Shown here one piece after another: positions 60,981 to 64,000 of a stretch of 64,000 nucleotides of DNA. How positions within the stretch are numbered: position 1 is the first letter of the stretch; every line of letters begins with the position of its first letter. Position numbers and translations under genes: made by a program. Source of the stretch: Spirochaetia bacterium (GTDB lineage: Bacteria > Spirochaetota > Spirochaetia > SZUA-6 > Bin103); the NCBI GenBank assembly GCA_965203055.1, contig OZ241863.1, forward strand, positions 448,001 through 512,000, in the 5' to 3' direction. The notes below the pieces were generated by a model. It ran no database searches. It had not been told where the DNA came from and worked only from the letters and a program-made list of their open reading frames with translations.

Positions 60981-62073
60981 CGTGAGCTACCGGTGCGCCG
61001 CGCTCAGCGCGGTGAAGCACGACTATCTGCCGCGCGCCGTGCACGCCCATCCCTGCTTCGAACTGGTGGTGGTGGCCGATGACCCCGGCGTGCCGGAGTG
61101 GGCGCACGAACGCAACGCGGAGTTCGCCGCCGAGTTCGGCGTGCCCTACGTGCGCGGCGTCGCGGCCGCGATCGCCGATTACGACGTGCAGGTGGCGGTG
61201 GTGAGCAGCGAGGCGGAGCGGCACTGCGATCTGAGCGTGCGCGCCGCCGAGGCCGGGCTGCACGTGATTCAGGACAAGCCGATGTCCACCGAGCTGGCGG
61301 AATGCGACCGCCTGCTGGCCGCGGTGCGCGCCGCCGGGGTCCGCTTCCTGTTGTGGAACCGCAACCTGCTGCCGGCGCTGGTGCAGGCGCGCGCGGAGTT
61401 GCAGCGCGGCGCCATCGGCGTGCTGCGCGCCATCCACGTCGACTTCTACTTCGCCAAGGACGCCGGTCCGCCCAAGGGCAGCCGGCAACCCGGCTACCCG
61501 CCGATCAACTGGCTGGCGCGGCAACTGGAAGCGCACGCCGACGGCTCCGACGGCGGTGTCGGCCGCACCCCGATGGGCGAACTGCAAATCGAGGGCATCT
61601 ATCCTCTCGGCTACATCCACCGGCTTGCCGGCAGCCGGGTGCGGCGCGTGTTCGCCCGCACCGCGGCGCACTTTCATCAGGCCAACGCCGACAACGAGGT
61701 GGACGATCTGGCGACGGTCACCCTGGAGCTGGAGAACGGCATGCTCGGGTCGCTGTGCATCGGGCGCATCGGGGCCGCCAGCCATCCCGAGATCGGCGAG
61801 ATCAAGTTGCACCTGGTGGGCAGCAACGGCGCGCTGGTGATCACCGAGGCGCGCCCCGAGGTGGGGATCCACTACCGCGGCCAGCCGCCCGCCGAGTACC
61901 GCAACGTGCGCGTCGCCGACAGCAACAACTTCCTGCTGATGGAGAATTTCAAGACCGCCATCGAGACCGGGGCGGATACCCTGCTCGACGCGCAGGCGGG
62001 GCGCGACATCACCGCTACCGTCGCCGCGGCCATCGAGTCGGGACGCACCGGGCGGCCGGTCGACGTCGCTTGA
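60973..62073 (+). CDS. Gfo/Idh/MocA oxidoreductase
   Basis: GLHVIQDKPM, EVDDLATVTL. Confidence 0.85.
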   Translation: MGDVSYRCAALSAVKHDYLPRAVHAHPCFELVVVADDPGVPEWAHERNAEFAAEFGVPYVRGVAAAIADYDVQVAVVSSEAERHCDLSVRAAEAGLHVIQDKPMSTELAECDRLLAAVRAAGVRFLLWNRNLLPALVQARAELQRGAIGVLRAIHVDFYFAKDAGPPKGSRQPGYPPINWLARQLEAHADGSDGGVGRTPMGELQIEGIYPLGYIHRLAGSRVRRVFARTAAHFHQANADNEVDDLATVTLELENGMLGSLCIGRIGAASHPEIGEIKLHLVGSNGALVITEARPEVGIHYRGQPPAEYRNVRVADSNNFLLMENFKTAIETGADTLLDAQAGRDITATVAAAIESGRTGRPVDVA

Positions 62074-62136
62074 TCCCCGCCTGAAGGCCGTGCCGGCGCG
62101 CGCCGGGGCTTGGCGGCGTCCCGCGGGCGGCCCGGT

Positions 62137-63024
62137 TCAGCCCACCGGGAGGGTGCGCCCGGTGTGGGCGCGGCCGATGCGCGCGGTCCGTTCGCTGCCG
62201 CCGGAGACGACGCGCACGCCGCGGTCGATCTGCTCGGCCACGGTGTCGGGCTCCGCCACCTCCAGGAAGGCCACGCCGTTGGCGGCGCAGGCCGCGCGTA
62301 CCCGTTCGTTCGCCGCCACGACGCGCGGATCATGCTGCCCCGGGATCCGCTCCACGCCGTAGGACATGTGCAGGTCGCCGGGGCCGCACTCGGCGAAGCC
62401 GATGCCGGGCACTGCCAGAAGCTGCTCGATGTGCGCCACCCCGCGCACCGACTCCACCTTGATCCCCAGCAGCAATTCGCCGTCCGGGTTGAGCGGCCAG
62501 GGGTCGCACCGGGCAATATATTGGGCGATGTCCAGGCCCCAGATGGCAGCCGCCGAGGGCTCGGAGCCGACGCCGCGGGTGCCGCGTTCCAGTCCCCGGC
62601 CGACGCCGATGGTGTTGCGCGGGTAGCGGCACGATTCGACGAACGCCCGCACCGCGTCGGGGGTCTCCGCCTGGCACAACAGCACGCCGTGCACCCCGCG
62701 TCCCAGAATCTGACGGAACTGCCAGGCGTTGTAGCGGACCGCGGCCTCGCTGGTGCCGTCTACCGGCGCCTCGACGATCACGGCCGGCGTGCGGTGGCCG
62801 CTGTTGGTGGGGCCGCCGGCTGCCAGACCCTCCAGGTAGCGGCCCAGCCCGCCCAGGTCGAAGGCGCCGTGTTCCATGCCCACGTTGATGTAGTCGGCCC
62901 AGGTGTGGGCGTCCCGCATTCCCTGTTCGCGGGTCAGAACTGCGCCGGTATGGCTGCCGACGTAATAGACCGGCTGGCCCGCGGCCAGCAGCTCGACGGT
63001 GCGGTTGACTCTCGTGGCTCCCAT
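62137..63024 (-). CDS. HpcH/HpaI aldolase/citrate-lyase family protein
   Basis: MEHGAFD, RQILGRGVHG, KVES, GPGDL. Confidence 0.82.
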   Translation of the reverse strand: MGATRVNRTVELLAAGQPVYYVGSHTGAVLTREQGMRDAHTWADYINVGMEHGAFDLGGLGRYLEGLAAGGPTNSGHRTPAVIVEAPVDGTSEAAVRYNAWQFRQILGRGVHGVLLCQAETPDAVRAFVESCRYPRNTIGVGRGLERGTRGVGSEPSAAAIWGLDIAQYIARCDPWPLNPDGELLLGIKVESVRGVAHIEQLLAVPGIGFAECGPGDLHMSYGVERIPGQHDPRVVAANERVRAACAANGVAFLEVAEPDTVAEQIDRGVRVVSGGSERTARIGRAHTGRTLPVG

Positions 63025-63042
63025 ATCGCCATCCTCGCCTGG

Positions 63043-64000
63043 CTAGGCTTCCGCGTCCAGCTCGGCCAGCTCCACCCACGCGCCGCGGCGCGCGGACTCG
63101 ACTGCCGCTTCGGTGAACACCTGCGTGCGCCAGCCGTCGCGCAGTCCGGGATGGCTGCAGGGTTGGCCGGCGGCGCGTTGCCGCAGCGCCGGCAGCACGA
63201 ACTCGGCCCAGCGGTTGACCCGGTTTTCGGGGATCTGCTCGACCGCGTCCAGCTCGCCGTTGGCGCGCGTCAGGCTGACGGTGTGGCGCACCCGGTCGAT
63301 GGCGAGCGACGCCTCGGTGCCGTGCAGTTCCACCTCCGGCGCCAAGCCCTTGCGCAGCATCGGAGCATGCGACAACAACATCATTCCCACCGCCCCGTTG
63401 TGGAACTCCCAGGTAATGGCGCCGTAGTCGTAGGCGGTGCCGGCGCGGCTGCGCGGCGCCTGGTGCGCGGCGTGCGCCTCGCCCCACTCCAGCGCCTCGG
63501 TCAGGTCGATGGCGCCCAGGTCGGGCTTGGGCGGAGAGATGACGCCGGCCTGGGTGACCACCCGGCGCGCCTCCGAACCGATCAGCCAGCGTACCGCGTC
63601 ATAGGCGTGGGAGCCGACGTCGCCGATGCTGCCGGCCGCCGACAGGGCGGCGTCGTCGCGCCAGGTAAACGGCATCGCCGGCGGCCGCGGATTGTGCCAG
63701 CGGTACACCACCACCTTGATTTCGCCGAGCGCTCCGCCGGCGGCCAACTCCCGGGCGCGGCGGAACTTCGGCTCGTAGCGGGTCCAGTAGGGCACGTAAT
63801 GGCCCAGGCCGCGGTCGCGGTAGGCCGACCAGATGCGGTAGGCTTCGGCGACGTCGGCGCCGACCGGCTTGTCGCAGAACAGGTGCTTGCCCGCCGCGGC
63901 CGCCGCCAGGGCCGGCTGCAGATGCAGCCGGTCCGGCGTCAGCACCACCACCAGATCGACCTGCGGATGGTCAACGACCTCGCGCCAGTCGCCGGTGATG
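63043..64000 (-). CDS. Gfo/Idh/MocA oxidoreductase (5' end beyond the window)
   Basis: GKHLFCDKPV, GSIGDVGSHAYD; frame open to the window edge. Confidence 0.88.
   Translation of the reverse strand, partial: ITGDWREVVDHPQVDLVVVLTPDRLHLQPALAAAAAGKHLFCDKPVGADVAEAYRIWSAYRDRGLGHYVPYWTRYEPKFRRARELAAGGALGEIKVVVYRWHNPRPPAMPFTWRDDAALSAAGSIGDVGSHAYDAVRWLIGSEARRVVTQAGVISPPKPDLGAIDLTEALEWGEAHAAHQAPRSRAGTAYDYGAITWEFHNGAVGMMLLSHAPMLRKGLAPEVELHGTEASLAIDRVRHTVSLTRANGELDAVEQIPENRVNRWAEFVLPALRQRAAGQPCSHPGLRDGWRTQVFTEAAVESARRGAWVELAELDAEA

Overview
High-GC bacterial chromosomal window, most likely from a Spirochaetota member (inference from the short SMC, the PUR/DUF3276 protein and 'FAG/FAS'-type signal peptides on the binding proteins). 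1-14 kb is housekeeping: ffh-rpsP-khpA-rimM-trmD-rplS, an S41 peptidase with two beta-propeller lipoproteins, an FtsH paralog, rnhB, smc and tRNA-Gly. 14-19.4 kb is a sugar ABC transporter with a sulfatase. 19.5-45 kb is a purine-catabolism cluster (xdhC, xdhAB, uraH, uricase, continuing to ade, guaD, uraD and a BMP-type ABC transporter at 45-53 kb), broken up by accessory cargo. The strongest signals are: (i) two tandemly duplicated ~2-kb lipoprotein genes, each split from its signal peptide by a G10 tract, with 12 ~40-aa repeats whose central four diverge between copies (candidate phase-variable surface adhesin pair); (ii) a translationally coupled AlbA_2/HATPase, dual-OB, DUF488, DUF488 operon; (iii) a methylase/PD-(D/E)XK nuclease pair coupled to xdhB, followed by a DarT-like stub and a decayed ADP-ribosylglycohydrolase; (iv) a cluster of gene and IS fragments. 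53-64 kb has a glucuronokinase-like kinase with a nucleotidyltransferase, mutM and sugar oxidoreductases. All family calls come from motif recognition by eye; no database search was run.
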